This document shows positions 23,010 to 34,873 of a stretch of DNA of 64,000 nt, piece by piece. The translations under genes and the position numbers were made by a program. Each line of letters starts with the position of its first letter. Position 1 is the first letter of the stretch. A model generated the notes under the pieces. That model saw only the letters and a list, made by a program, of their open reading frames with translations, was not told the origin of the DNA and did no database searches. The DNA comes from an uncultured Nitrososphaerales archaeon. Its GTDB lineage: Archaea > Thermoproteota > Nitrososphaeria > Nitrososphaerales > Nitrososphaeraceae. The DNA is taken from NCBI GenBank assembly GCA_963695855.1, contig CAVOHZ010000008.1, positions 320,001-384,000 on the forward strand, in the 5' to 3' direction.

Positions 23010-24329
23010 CCGACAATCTATCCTACCTTTTTTATTTTTTTTAAATATAAATTAATTAATTAATTATTTTGGAATATACATTCCACTATCAATTAGTTTT
23101 CTTGCAACATCTTTCTTTTGTCCTTTCTCCAATATCTCGAATTTGTCTAGAATGTCTACCATAACAGAATGATGTTTTAACATTTGTTCTTTGATCTGGT
23201 CTAATTCCTGTTCCCGTTCATTTTCCTTGGTCCTTAATACCTGATTTACATACTGTAATTCCTCGATCTTTGTCTGTAGGTCCGCGCCCTTTCTCTCTAG
23301 TTGTTGCATATCCAGAAATGTCAGATAGGGTTCAATCTTCTTGTAAAGTTCTGCTTTTTCGCTATCTTTCTTTTGCCAATAGGTAGAACCTGCATGACCG
23401 ATAAACCACTCAGAGTAGTCGGAATAGCCAAGATCTGAAATTGTGGTTTTCACAAACCTTCTAAAACTATGAAAGGTAATCTTTCTTCTATTTTCATTAT
23501 ATTCCTCCCTGGATCCTGCACCAATTCTATCCAAAGTTTTTTGAAATAAAGTTATGATGTAGTAATACTGATTTTGAGGTTTTGATCTTGGTGTTCTGGT
23601 TGATTTTTTAGTTTCGTTGTTAATCGTATAATTGCGGACTGAAAATAAAAGATCATTGCCATTCTTTTCTGGTGTCCTATATTCATCAATTAATTTGCCA
23701 GTGTTTTTATCTCTACTGCATACACGACGGGTTCTATACTTGTAATCTAACCACTTTTTGATCTGTTCAGTCATTTCTTTAGTCAAAAAGACATATCTGT
23801 CTACTTTGGTATTTGTGTACTCATCCCTTATGGTAACTTTTGCAGGGATAGATTCAAAGTCCAAATCTTTGACACAAATAGATAGGGCCTCTACTGCTCT
23901 CATTCCGGTAGAAGCCAAAAACATAACGTAGGTCTTTAACTTGATATCAGAACAGCCATTCAAAATATTGATGATTTCATGTTTATCAATTGCTTCCTTA
24001 TTCCTCTTGATATCTTTTGGCAGTCTAATTTTTATCTTGAATTTTCTTGGACTAATATCGATATCATTGAATTCAAGGAAATTCTTTGTAGTGACAATTC
24101 TTTGTTTTAAAGTCGTGGTATAAATGTTTGATTTCTGTAAATAGACACAATAATCACCTAATGCCTCATAGACATCAAATTCCCCTTTCTTTAGCCCATC
24201 AACGAATTTATCAATACTAATGCTATGACCATAACATGAAGTTAGAAACTTTTCAAAATTCTGTCAACGAACATGATATTCATTTGCTGTCCGTGTATTC
24301 ATAATACTGATATTTTTAATGTAGTGTTC

Positions 24330-25342
24330 TGCCTTGTTGCACAACTTGTTCTTCTCAACACATTTAGCTAACCAATTCTAGTCATATTATGTGAACTGGA
24401 GAAATTACAACGAATCTCTTGTTAAACGTGGTGAGGTATTACTGGATTTTGATGTTATAGATAACTGGAATACTGAACTAGAGAAGATGAATAAGGAAAA
24501 GGAAGGTAGGAAATTCGTATATCCAGATTCATTTGTCAAGTTATTGGGATACATGAGAGCATACTTTCACTTACCCTACAGACAAACTGAAGGAGTAGTA
24601 AGAGAACATGCTTCAAACACTTTGCCATCAATTCCAGATTATAGTAACATTAGCAGAAGAATAAATAGACTGGATATCAAGATTTCTGATGATATAACCA
24701 AATCTAACTTGCATGATGATAATTTTGTTATTGCAATTGATTCTACCGGTATAAAGGTATCTAAGAGGGGTGAATGGATTAGACACAAGTGGAATGTAAA
24801 AAGAGGATATCTAAAGATACATTTAGCAGTCGATATAAAAAAGAAGAGAATTCTATCATTAGATGTTACTAGTGAAGAAGTACATGATGTAAAAGTACTT
24901 CCAAAATTGGTTGATTATATAGCAATAAAACAGAATAAGGTAATAGATACTGCTATCATGGATGGTTCCTATGATAGCAACAAGATCTTTCAGTTTCTAT
25001 CATTTAAAGGCATACAACCAGCAATAAAGGTAAGAAAGAATTCTAGATGCAGAAACAAGACCAATCATTACCTTAGAAACAAGATGGTGAAAATGCAGAA
25101 GAATGATTTGCAAGAATGGAAAGATAGTGTACGCTATGGACAAAGATGGATGGTAGAATCTGTTTTTTCCTCTATGAAGAGAATGTTTGGTGAATATGTT
25201 ACTGCTATCAGGTTAGAGAACATGATAAGAGAGATAATGTTGAAAGCATCGTTGTATAACTGGTTTCAAAGTATAACTGTTACATAATTATCAATTATAT
25301 AATAATGAGAACGATTGGTTAAACGAGTTATGCAACAAACCA
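24330..25342 (+). mobile_element. IS5-family (IS903-like) element, divergent copy
   Basis: IRs TGCCTTGTTGCACAACTTG / CGAGTTATGCAACAAACCA; 8-bp TSD TAGTGTTC. Confidence 0.93.
24391..25287 (+). CDS. IS5-family DDE transposase
   Basis: Paralog of 6781-7686; IDSTG, MDGSYD, YGQRWMVESVFS. Confidence 0.95.
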   Translation: MNWRNYNESLVKRGEVLLDFDVIDNWNTELEKMNKEKEGRKFVYPDSFVKLLGYMRAYFHLPYRQTEGVVREHASNTLPSIPDYSNISRRINRLDIKISDDITKSNLHDDNFVIAIDSTGIKVSKRGEWIRHKWNVKRGYLKIHLAVDIKKKRILSLDVTSEEVHDVKVLPKLVDYIAIKQNKVIDTAIMDGSYDSNKIFQFLSFKGIQPAIKVRKNSRCRNKTNHYLRNKMVKMQKNDLQEWKDSVRYGQRWMVESVFSSMKRMFGEYVTAIRLENMIREIMLKASLYNWFQSITVT

Positions 25343-25775
25343 TAGTGTTCTACAGTTTTCTGCTGTTCTGTTTCAATTGTTTTTTCTTAGATATTGGTTC
25401 TTTCTCCCTTCTTCTTCTCCTGCTGTTGCATCAATCTGAAAACCGTATTCTACCTTATCAATATATTGTATTATTTGTTATGAAATATGCATTAGCAATT
25501 TGGTTATTTGATATGAATTTTTATATGAAAGAGATCACATGGTTTTTTCTATTTCAATTTCAATTTTGCAGATATATCTACCACCCCAGAAAAATTATTC
25601 CAAATAAAATTTAGATCAAGATCAAAAGCATTATTGATAAATTCAAATCAATACCGTCATTACTCTGCTTTTTATCTTTTATTTAATCAGGAGATTATCC
25701 TATATTTAAGTAATAGTTCATAAATTTTGAACTATATAAAAAAAGACAAAAACAGTCGATTTACAAAACAATAAA

Positions 25776-26684
25776 ATGTTTATCGATACAAAATTGATTA
25801 TTGAAATGAGCATTAAACTTTCCATCTTTTCTTTTGCTATCTTACTTTTTATTCTGCTTTCTACTACAAATTATGTTTACGGTTTCAATATTATTACGGT
25901 AGGAGACGTTGATTGTAAATCTACTGCAATAGAATTAGTAAACGATATTGTAAAAAAAGGAGCGGATTTTTATTTATGGTTAGGAGATCTCTCATATACA
26001 GAAACCCCTGAAGGTGATGAATGTTTTATAGATATGTTAAAAAACAAAGAAATACTAGATAAATCTTATATTGTTCTAGGAAATCATGACCTTTTGAATG
26101 AAAAAGATTATCTTGACACTTTTAATCTAACGAAGCCATATTATTCTATGGATTTTAATTATAAAATAGAGCATTATAAAAATAATTTAAATATACATTT
26201 GATAGTCATTAATACAGAAGAAGAGATTTCGAAGAATACCGAACAATACAAATGGATTGAAAATGATCTTGATAAAGTATGGAATAACGGAAAGGAGCTT
26301 TATAATTATACATTGGTTGCCACTCATAGACCAATATATGGCGCAAAGGATGTCAAACAAGACTTAGGGGAAGTTAAATCATCCTCGTTTCAGTCTCTTC
26401 ATCCTTTATTCAAATCCAGGGGTGTTGATCTTGTCCTTTCAGCTCATCATCACGTCTATTATCGCATGATTCCTTTGGATGGAATACAATACATAACCAT
26501 AGGTACTGGCGGTGCACCCCAACATCATTTTTTTACAGCTGATGAAAAACCGAAGAATATTTTCATCAGATTTGCAGGAATTCATGGATTTTTAAATATT
26601 GATTTTTCCGATAAAATTTATGGAACTTTTCTTGATATACCAGATAACAACGTATTGGACTCCTTCTCTATTCAATCTAATTGA
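25776..26684 (+). CDS. secreted calcineurin-like metallophosphoesterase (purple acid phosphatase-like)
   Basis: Signal peptide; VGD, LGDLSY, GNHD, THRP, SAHHH, GTGG. Confidence 0.9.
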   Translation: MFIDTKLIIEMSIKLSIFSFAILLFILLSTTNYVYGFNIITVGDVDCKSTAIELVNDIVKKGADFYLWLGDLSYTETPEGDECFIDMLKNKEILDKSYIVLGNHDLLNEKDYLDTFNLTKPYYSMDFNYKIEHYKNNLNIHLIVINTEEEISKNTEQYKWIENDLDKVWNNGKELYNYTLVATHRPIYGAKDVKQDLGEVKSSSFQSLHPLFKSRGVDLVLSAHHHVYYRMIPLDGIQYITIGTGGAPQHHFFTADEKPKNIFIRFAGIHGFLNIDFSDKIYGTFLDIPDNNVLDSFSIQSN

Positions 26685-26842
26685 AAAATCATTAATTTGC
26701 AACTCTTTTGATTGGTAATTGTTGTAAAATCCTTCCAAACAATAGTTTTTCACATTTTGTTATATTTTTATTGTGTATTGTAATATTATATCATAATTGT
26801 AGGTAAATATTATATAATGTAATAATCATTACATAATGTAGG

Positions 26843-27376
26843 GTGATTAATAAAGTGAAAGAATCATGGAATTTTAAAAAGATCTTTGAAGATCTTGATA
26901 AAGAATTTGCGACAGCAGAAAATATGTTGAATCAAATCTTTATAACAACAGGAGAAAGTGAGACATCTGTGAAACAAAAAGTTCCATATTTTTATGGCTA
27001 TCAAATTATTGTAGGTCCAGATGGGAAACCTCACATCAGTGAATTTGGAAACGTAAAACCAAGTAAAAAAGCATTAGTGGAAAGTGATAAAAGAGAACCT
27101 TTAGTTGATGCAACGTTCAATGAAAAAGATAGTACATATGTTGTAACTGCTGAAATGCCAGGAGTAACAAAGGAAGATATCAAGGTAAAAATCTCCGAAA
27201 TGACTGTAGTCATAAGTGCTGAACGTGCAGATAAAAAATATTATAGTGAATTTCCATTGGACCTTGAATTAAATGCAAATTCTGCAAAGCTAAGATACAC
27301 AAACGGGATATTGGAGATTAAGATAAAAACAAAGGAGCAACCCAAACCAAAGTCAACATACGTTAAAGTTGAATAA
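26843..27376 (+). CDS. hsp20: archaeal small heat-shock protein Hsp20
   Basis: YGYQIIVGPDGKP..EFGN, REPLVD, AEMPGV.KEDI, Y.NGILEI. Confidence 0.93.
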   Translation: MINKVKESWNFKKIFEDLDKEFATAENMLNQIFITTGESETSVKQKVPYFYGYQIIVGPDGKPHISEFGNVKPSKKALVESDKREPLVDATFNEKDSTYVVTAEMPGVTKEDIKVKISEMTVVISAERADKKYYSEFPLDLELNANSAKLRYTNGILEIKIKTKEQPKPKSTYVKVE

Positions 27377-28223
27377 TTCTTTATTTTCTTAAGTTTAAAA
27401 ATAAAGGACTAAAAATAACAAGGTAAAACTTAGAGTTCTTTGGGTAAAACTATTGAAAAGAGTAACAGATCAATAGTTAATAACAGTAATAGAGAGTGAT
27501 CACTAGTAGCAGCATATTAATATCCTAGATGATGAAATAATATGAGAATTTTTTTAACTTTATTTTAGTTTTAAACTAATTACCATAGTTTAACTGTTTT
27601 GATTCATTACGGTAATCCTTGAATATTTCACCTTATCTTAAATTATCTAATATTCGATGTTAAAATCCGTTAACTGCACTTCATAATTAAGTTTGTAAAC
27701 ATGCATGAGATTTATTAAATATATATCATTTAATTTTAAAAGTACCTACAATTATATGAATTAGATTAGATAGTTTATTGTATTACTATTACTAAAATTG
27801 TGGATTTTGAAGATTGTTATGTTCTGTTTCTAACTTATTAATTCTACTTTCATTTTAAAATGAACAGAATGGATAATTAAACATATTTGTAACCATATTA
27901 GATAGACCGCGGTATTAAATAAATACATACGATAAGATGAAACCAGTAATTTCCCTTGCAATAATGTCACTTTAAAAGAATTCTACATAATAACAACATA
28001 TCAAAACTATAAATCTACAATGTCCTAACAACGATTATTATTACTATTAAAGTTCTTTGATATTTAGAATTAGAATACTTATCTTAAGTTCTAAGAATAA
28101 TCTTTGGGGAGATGGTCTCGGACCAAGTATGATAATTGTCATAATAGACAGGATAGTTTAAACTTCCTTGTTATGTGAAAAATATTATGTAATTTTAAAT
28201 ATAGATCGATACCATTACTGGTT

Positions 28224-28586
28224 ATGCGAACAACTAATGATAGCAAGAATGTAATCAAAAAATCGATAAAAGATAGTGATGTTTATGACCTACTGTTACA
28301 AATACCTGCAGGGAAGGTATCTACTTATGGGGATCTTGCAAAAGCTCTTGGAAATCCTTCATCTTCAAGAGTAATTGGACGAATACTTGGCAAGAATCCA
28401 AACCCAATTAAAGTGCCATGTCACAGGGTAGTGATGTCTGATGGTAAAGTGGGAGGTTATTTTTATGGCAGTGACAAAAAGAGGGAGTTGCTTGAAAAGG
28501 AAGGAATATCTTTTACTAATGGAATAGTTAGCAATTTTAAGAATGTTAGATCAGTCATCAACAAAAACGCCAATAAACTGAGCTAG
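28224..28586 (+). CDS. ogt: methylated-DNA-protein-cysteine methyltransferase (MGMT, single domain)
   Basis: IPAGKVSTYGDLA, active site PCHRV. Confidence 0.9.
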   Translation: MRTTNDSKNVIKKSIKDSDVYDLLLQIPAGKVSTYGDLAKALGNPSSSRVIGRILGKNPNPIKVPCHRVVMSDGKVGGYFYGSDKKRELLEKEGISFTNGIVSNFKNVRSVINKNANKLS

Positions 28587-29314
28587 ATATTTCATAATTA
28601 TATTCAATGAATATAACAATTTGTTCTTAGATAACTCTACCATTACTTAAAAAATTTTGTTTATAAACAGGTGATTTTAAATTCAATATTAAATCATGTT
28701 TCGTATACTTTATAGTCATCATATCTGTCGATGCCTACAGGAAAATTAATTCTATTTTTTATTTTTTCATACCTATATTGAAACAAAAAATTGAGAAAAG
28801 CTTCATTATTATATTTTATTTTAAAATATTTTTTCCTATAAAACGTCATTAGGTATTTTTTGATCTTGCTTATATTCCTGTTTCTCATCTTATAATTTAT
28901 TCCTAATTAATTAACAAAATTTTTATTATTCGATATCTCGATTATTTATTTTCTTGTGGCTATAAGACAGCTATTTAACAGTTGAACTCCAATACATTTT
29001 TGCATCTTTTCAGTAGATTCTGAAAGAAATTCGACATAAATTCAGACCTCAATACTTCTCTAGCATTCAATTTTGTCGTTGATATTTGTAAATCATCAAT
29101 GTATTATGAGATTAATAAAAAGTATGGTATAAGGTTTGCTATTTATAGGATAGGTAGAACTTTTATACATATTAAATAAATTCTATTATAATAAAATAGA
29201 CATACAAAAATATAAAATCAAAATAATTCTTTATTTACTAAAAATGGTATGTAACCTCTTAAAATATATGGATGGATTTTTATTACGAATCCGCAAAGAA
29301 ATATGATCTTTTTC

Positions 29315-30685
29315 TTACTTATTTTGTTTGCTTGTTCCTTTAGTAAAGAATATTTCATGATTACCTGGTGTAAAATCTTCCCATACAACATAAATATAAT
29401 TTTCAGATGCTGTAACCTGAGGACACTCTGAAACTCCTGTATTATTACTTAAATTTAATATTTTAGTTGCCTGAAAATTGTTTTTAATATTTGTCATAAA
29501 TATGTCTTGGTTTTTTTTTGAAATTACGTCCTGCCATGTTATATTTGAATGATCATTAGAGGAGGTTATTTCAACGTTCGTAGGATGATTGATTTTATTC
29601 GAATAATTTTGATCTTTACCTTTAGTAACGTTTTCTAAAATTGTATGTGGATCCGTAAAAGTAGTACCATTATCATAGCTTTTGACGAAATAGATATTAT
29701 TTATATTTTTTGAATGTAGTCCTCCCCAAATTACAAATATTTCATTTTTAGAAATCGCTATTTGCCCTTCTCCAAAATTATCATGAGCTATCTTATAGAT
29801 ATTTTCAAAACTATTTCCTTTATCATAACTTCTAACAAAAAATAGTCCGTTGTTTTTAAAATCTATGGAACTGCTATCATTATTTTCATTATTCCATACA
29901 ACATATACATAATCAAAATAGGCGTTAACCTTGGGATAAGAATCTTTAGTATTATTTGTTAGTTGGTTTGTATTATTGAATGTTCTTCCATTATCTGAAC
30001 TGCTTTTAAACATAATACTAGACAAAGTTTTTTTATTATTGTTGGAAGAAGCTGGATTTGTTTCTTGCCATACAACATACACATTTCCATCAGAAGCAGA
30101 AATTTCTTGATTATTTGAATTCTTTGAATTATTACTTAAGTTTATTGCTTCACTAAATGTTGTACCATTATCCAAACTTTTGGTAAAGAATATGTTAATG
30201 TTATTCGAATTAGTATTGTCTGCCCAAACTATAAAAATTCCATTTTTAGATACGGCAATCTGAGGATGTTCTGAAAATCCAGTATTATTGCTCAAATTGA
30301 TTGCTTTACTGAAAGTATTCCCATTGTCTAAACTTTTTTTAAAATAAATGTCATAATTATTTTCATTAGAGTTATCATTAACAGATTCTTGCCATATCAG
30401 ATATACACTATTATCAATTGCCGCTATCTGAGCATACACAGAGTCGAGTTTATTGTTTGTAATATTAATTATATTTGAAAAGTTCAAGTCGGGGATAAAA
30501 GTACTATTATGACCATTTTGAATCTGCAAGGAACCATCGAAAGATGACTTTTCAGCTATTTCATTTATTGCGAAAATCTCACACAAATAAAATAAAGAAC
30601 TTAGGATAACGGCGAATAAGATGAATTTCAGGTGGAATCGGATTAATATAGAAAGATTTTTTGAATTTGACTTAAGAATAATCAT
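29315..30685 (-). CDS. secreted Asp-box (BNR/sialidase-like) repeat protein
   Basis: Repeated SxDNGxTF Asp-boxes with V.W.. and INLSNN repeats; N-terminal signal. Confidence 0.88.
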   Translation of the reverse strand: MIILKSNSKNLSILIRFHLKFILFAVILSSLFYLCEIFAINEIAEKSSFDGSLQIQNGHNSTFIPDLNFSNIINITNNKLDSVYAQIAAIDNSVYLIWQESVNDNSNENNYDIYFKKSLDNGNTFSKAINLSNNTGFSEHPQIAVSKNGIFIVWADNTNSNNINIFFTKSLDNGTTFSEAINLSNNSKNSNNQEISASDGNVYVVWQETNPASSNNNKKTLSSIMFKSSSDNGRTFNNTNQLTNNTKDSYPKVNAYFDYVYVVWNNENNDSSSIDFKNNGLFFVRSYDKGNSFENIYKIAHDNFGEGQIAISKNEIFVIWGGLHSKNINNIYFVKSYDNGTTFTDPHTILENVTKGKDQNYSNKINHPTNVEITSSNDHSNITWQDVISKKNQDIFMTNIKNNFQATKILNLSNNTGVSECPQVTASENYIYVVWEDFTPGNHEIFFTKGTSKQNK

Positions 30686-30814
30686 ATAATTATTACTATC
30701 GGTTTTGAATCTATTTCAATATATATGAAACTAGATCTATTTTTTAAGATAAATCTTTAAGAACAATTCAGGGCAGTTCTGTGGTATAATGAGAATTGCA
30801 ATAACGATGTATCT

Positions 30815-31290
30815 AATATAGATACAGTCTATGTTCTCATTAGATATTTTACAATATCCAGTTTGCATCTTGTACTTGTTTAATAGGTACAGATTGTATC
30901 TTTCAGATTATCAAGGATAGGATAATAACAAGAAAATATGATGTATTTTCCGGGCCTCCAGCAATCTTGTTTGTGCTGGATTAAATTTGGTGAACCAACA
31001 GGCAAATGTTCTAGTTTGATGGTATCCTTATTTGCATCAAGAAATTTTCTGGTAATCCTGCAACAATGTGATGTTACTCTACCAACAAACATTACAAATT
31101 TACCAAATCTTTTGTGTATCTTTAGTAGGTAGGCGGCAGACGTATTGTTGTCAAATCTATCTTATTGTTTGAATAACTGTCTACCATCCATCGCTTAATT
31201 ACCAAAAACAATTGTTCTTTTACAAGAACGTGTTACCGTATATATGATGTTTATCTTTAGAAATTCATCTTCTTCCTTCTAACGTGGATA
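30815..31290 (-). pseudogene. degenerate IS630 transposase remnant
   Basis: Fragments RTIVFG, DGRQLFKQ.DRFD, KFVMFV, HLPVGSP; similar to orfB at 21.4 kb. Confidence 0.75.
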
Positions 31291-31749
31291 TTAAAAAAAC
31301 AATATTAGGAGTGGTTTACCTTATCTTTATTAGAAATTTGATTTAAAAGTATTTTAATATAACGATTTCCATGTTATATATCACGTATACTATGTTTAAG
31401 CTGAAATAAGGTAATTTTTTATAATAATTAAAATTAGAAATGAATATTAAATATTTTAACTATTATCTCACATAATTGATTTGTCTAACATCCTGTGAAA
31501 AAGTGTTAAAGATGGTCTTGCCAGAAATTAATTCCAATGATACCTAAATTTTTGTAACCCTTTGTTAAAAACACCAAACTTCTGAATTGACTATTCATAC
31601 TCTTGAAAAATATAAATAAAAAGGTGGGTAAATTTAAAATATTTACCTAGTATACTATATGACTCGTAAATCAGTTACAAGATAAGAAAACACAATTATC
31701 CTGATTGTGCTAGAAAAAGGAATAAAAATAAGATTATCTAAACTTTGAT

Positions 31750-33381
31750 GTGCACTTAATAAATAAGGGAATAGCCAGAAAGCAAATCAAATATATTTTT
31801 GTTACTGGTGGTGTTCTTTCTGGCCTTGGAAAAGGAATAATTACATCCTCAACTTCAAAAATATTACAATTAACTGGGTTAAATGTTTCTTGCTTAAAAA
31901 TTGATCCATACGTAAATTACGATGCAGGTACCATGAATCCTGTTGCCCACGGTGAGGTTTTTGTAACATTTGATGGTGGAGAGTGTGATATGGATATCGG
32001 AAATTATGAGAGATTCTTAGACAAAAGATTATCCAAGGATCATAATTTGACAACTGGGAGAATATATTCAGAAGTTATAAATGCAGAACGTGAAGGAAAA
32101 TACCTTGGACAATGTGTCCAAATAATTCCTCACGTTACGGATGTAATTAAGAATCAATTAAGGCATATAGCCAAAACAGAATCATTGGATATTCTAGTGG
32201 TGGAATGTGGTGGAACCGTGGGAGACATCGAGAGCTTACCATTTCTTGAGGCGTTTCGTCAAATGACACTCGAAGAAGGACATAATAGCACTTTATTTAT
32301 TCATGTTACTTTGGCCCCAGTTCTTGATGTAGTAGGAGAACAAAAAACCAAACCAACACAGCACAGTGTTCAAGAATTACGTAGAATAGGAATAAATCCT
32401 GATATTATTGCAGTTAGATGTAAAACTCCTCTTTTAAATGATACAAGAAAAAAAATATCTCTTTTTGCTAATATAGACACAGATTGCGTCATTTCGTGTC
32501 ATGATGTCAAATCGATTTATCTAGTACCGGAAGTTCTTGCTGAACAAGGGATGATGAGAATTATAAATAAAAAATTACAACTGGATCGATCTGCTATTAG
32601 ATGGGCAAATTGGAAACGGATATCTCAATCATTTGCAGAGGCTAAAGGAAATATAAATATTGCAGTGGTAGGAAAATATGTTTCTCTCTCTGATAGTTAT
32701 GTTAGTGTTTATCAAGCTTTATCCCACGCTGCAACAGCCATAGGAAAAAAAGCTGAAATTTCATTGATTGATTCAGAACAATTTGAGAGAGATCCTAAAA
32801 AATTGGGTTCGTTGAAAAAATTTGATGGAATACTAATTCCTGGTGGATTTGGAAGACGAGGTTCAGAAGGAATTATTGATGCTATCAACTACTCTAGAAA
32901 AGAAAATATTCCATTTTTGGGTATTTGTTTTGGATTTCAATTATCTATTGTTTCATTTGCTAGGAGTATGTGTGGATTAAAGGGATCTAATTCTACTGAA
33001 CTTGATCCAGAAACTAGACATCCAGTCATCGAATTTATGCCGGAACAAAGGACAATAAATAATATGGGTGGCTCTATGAGATTAGGCGGTCATAAAATAA
33101 AAATAGTTGCTAATACTTTAGCATCCAAAATTTATTCTAGGAATATAATATATAAGAGACATAGACATAGATACGAATTTAATAAGAACTATCTATCCAT
33201 TATACAAAAGAATGGGATGCTGTTATCTGGATACTCTGACGGGGAAAAAAGAACGGAAATATTGGAGATTCCAGATCATAGGTTTTATTTTGCAGTACAG
33301 TATCACGCAGAATTTGATAGTAGACCAGGAAAACCAGAACCTGCATTTGCATCATTCATAAAGGCCTGTTCTAAATCTTAA
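31750..33381 (+). CDS. pyrG: CTP synthase
   Basis: VTGGVLSGLGKG, KTKPTQHSV, LGICFG, HRHRYE. Confidence 0.98.
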   Translation: MHLINKGIARKQIKYIFVTGGVLSGLGKGIITSSTSKILQLTGLNVSCLKIDPYVNYDAGTMNPVAHGEVFVTFDGGECDMDIGNYERFLDKRLSKDHNLTTGRIYSEVINAEREGKYLGQCVQIIPHVTDVIKNQLRHIAKTESLDILVVECGGTVGDIESLPFLEAFRQMTLEEGHNSTLFIHVTLAPVLDVVGEQKTKPTQHSVQELRRIGINPDIIAVRCKTPLLNDTRKKISLFANIDTDCVISCHDVKSIYLVPEVLAEQGMMRIINKKLQLDRSAIRWANWKRISQSFAEAKGNINIAVVGKYVSLSDSYVSVYQALSHAATAIGKKAEISLIDSEQFERDPKKLGSLKKFDGILIPGGFGRRGSEGIIDAINYSRKENIPFLGICFGFQLSIVSFARSMCGLKGSNSTELDPETRHPVIEFMPEQRTINNMGGSMRLGGHKIKIVANTLASKIYSRNIIYKRHRHRYEFNKNYLSIIQKNGMLLSGYSDGEKRTEILEIPDHRFYFAVQYHAEFDSRPGKPEPAFASFIKACSKS

Positions 33382-34375
33382 GCTCATATATTCTCTGTCT
33401 TGCATCCCTTAACGATGTTTTCTTTTTAACATAACCCCTATTCAATAAATGCCCCAAGGAAAGCCTAATTGTTCTTTCAGGAAGTAACGTTTTAGAGGAA
33501 AGGTCTTTTTGTCCCATTGCACCTTCATATTCCAATATCTTTAGTATTAGTTTGGCACTGGGAGGCATATCTAATAAATCTTCTGCGAGTTTAACTTTTT
33601 TGGCGATAACTGATGTAGCAGAATCTTCTCCTATCAATCTCACCAACTTGGCTGGATAACTATGTTTATTACATTCCAATGTTTTTTTAATTCCAACTCG
33701 CCGCCCTCCATCCAAAACTACTTCACAATGAAATCTACTTAAAATGTCTGAAATTTCAATTCGACTTTCATTAGGTACAATTAGTGGTCTGCGAGTATTA
33801 TCTACCGAGTTTACCGAAACGATTACAAATACTTGTGATTTTTGTAATACCATTGGACCACCAGCTGACATAGAATATGCTGTTGATCCAGTTGGGGTAG
33901 ATACAATAACACCATCGCTATTATCATGCCATACATCTTTGTTGTCTATTCTAAGTACATGTTCCATTAAAGTTGCACTTTTGCTTGGAAAAACAACGAC
34001 ATCATTTAATACAGGTTCAATTTCCTTTCCATCAACTTTAACTGCTAGTCTTATTACCTCATCTATGCCATAATCTCCTTTCTTTAATCTATTTGTAATT
34101 GTCTCTAAATCTTGGACATCTATTTGTGCCAAAAAATCAGTTGATTCTGCTTCGTATACACCTATAGCAGGAGATGAGTCCGTTGTTACCTTATGAAAAT
34201 AATCTAACATGGCACGATCTCCTCCAGCAATTAATACCAAGTCAACTTTATTAGCCAAGTCATAATTTTTTTCGTTCATATCGAAAGTTTCAATATTAAG
34301 ATCATCAAGCACTTTTTTGATCTTTATTGTTAAGGCTAAATCTTGTGAATAGGCACCTACAAGTGCAATTTTCAT
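33371..34375 (-). CDS. NAD kinase with C-terminal winged-helix domain
   Basis: LND, DGVIVSTPTGSTAYSMSAGGP; C-terminal PPSAKLILKILE...DARQRIY. Confidence 0.92.
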   Translation of the reverse strand: MKIALVGAYSQDLALTIKIKKVLDDLNIETFDMNEKNYDLANKVDLVLIAGGDRAMLDYFHKVTTDSSPAIGVYEAESTDFLAQIDVQDLETITNRLKKGDYGIDEVIRLAVKVDGKEIEPVLNDVVVFPSKSATLMEHVLRIDNKDVWHDNSDGVIVSTPTGSTAYSMSAGGPMVLQKSQVFVIVSVNSVDNTRRPLIVPNESRIEISDILSRFHCEVVLDGGRRVGIKKTLECNKHSYPAKLVRLIGEDSATSVIAKKVKLAEDLLDMPPSAKLILKILEYEGAMGQKDLSSKTLLPERTIRLSLGHLLNRGYVKKKTSLRDARQRIYELKI

Positions 34376-34584
34376 TAGTTTTATTTATCTAAACCTATCT
34401 CTCATTTAAAGTTAAATTCTATTACATCATAATGTTCGCTATACACAATTATGAAAACATTAAAAGTGTATCTTATGTCTGATCCTATCAATTAACTTTT
34501 TATTTGTACTTTTATTCGATGTAAAGAAATTTGGGAATAATTTTTACCAGAACCTTTAAAGTATGGAATTATGATGATATTTAC

Positions 34585-34872
34585 ATGCCAAAGAAACGTA
34601 CGAGTAGGGGTCGTACAAAGGGAGGAAAAGGTAGTTCCGGAACAGTACATTGCAGTCAATGTGGAGCTATGGTTCCAAGAGATAAAGCTAAAAAAATAAC
34701 AGGCCGAATAACTCTAGTAGAACCAACTCTTGCAAAAGAATTAAGAGCTCAGGGCGCTTATATATCTCCTGCAACGGATGTTAAATTCTATTGTGTTTCA
34801 TGTGCCGTTCATAGAGGAATTGTTAAAGTAAGATCTGAACTTGAAAGACGGGTAAGTACAAGACTACGATAA
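34585..34872 (+). CDS. rps26e: 30S ribosomal protein S26e
   Basis: MPKKR, CSQCG..VPRDKAKK, YCVSCAVH..IVKVRS; ATG at 34585. Confidence 0.96.
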   Translation: MPKKRTSRGRTKGGKGSSGTVHCSQCGAMVPRDKAKKITGRITLVEPTLAKELRAQGAYISPATDVKFYCVSCAVHRGIVKVRSELERRVSTRLR

Positions 34873-34873
34873 T

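Larger units (their letters stand above)
23064..25431 (-). pseudogene. tyrosine recombinase/integrase interrupted by IS5 and nonsense codons
   Basis: STGMRAVEAL, HSFRR, IGH, TYW catalytic motifs in 23064-23963; frame continues upstream through a TGA, the IS5 and a TAA to ATG at 25431. Confidence 0.88.
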
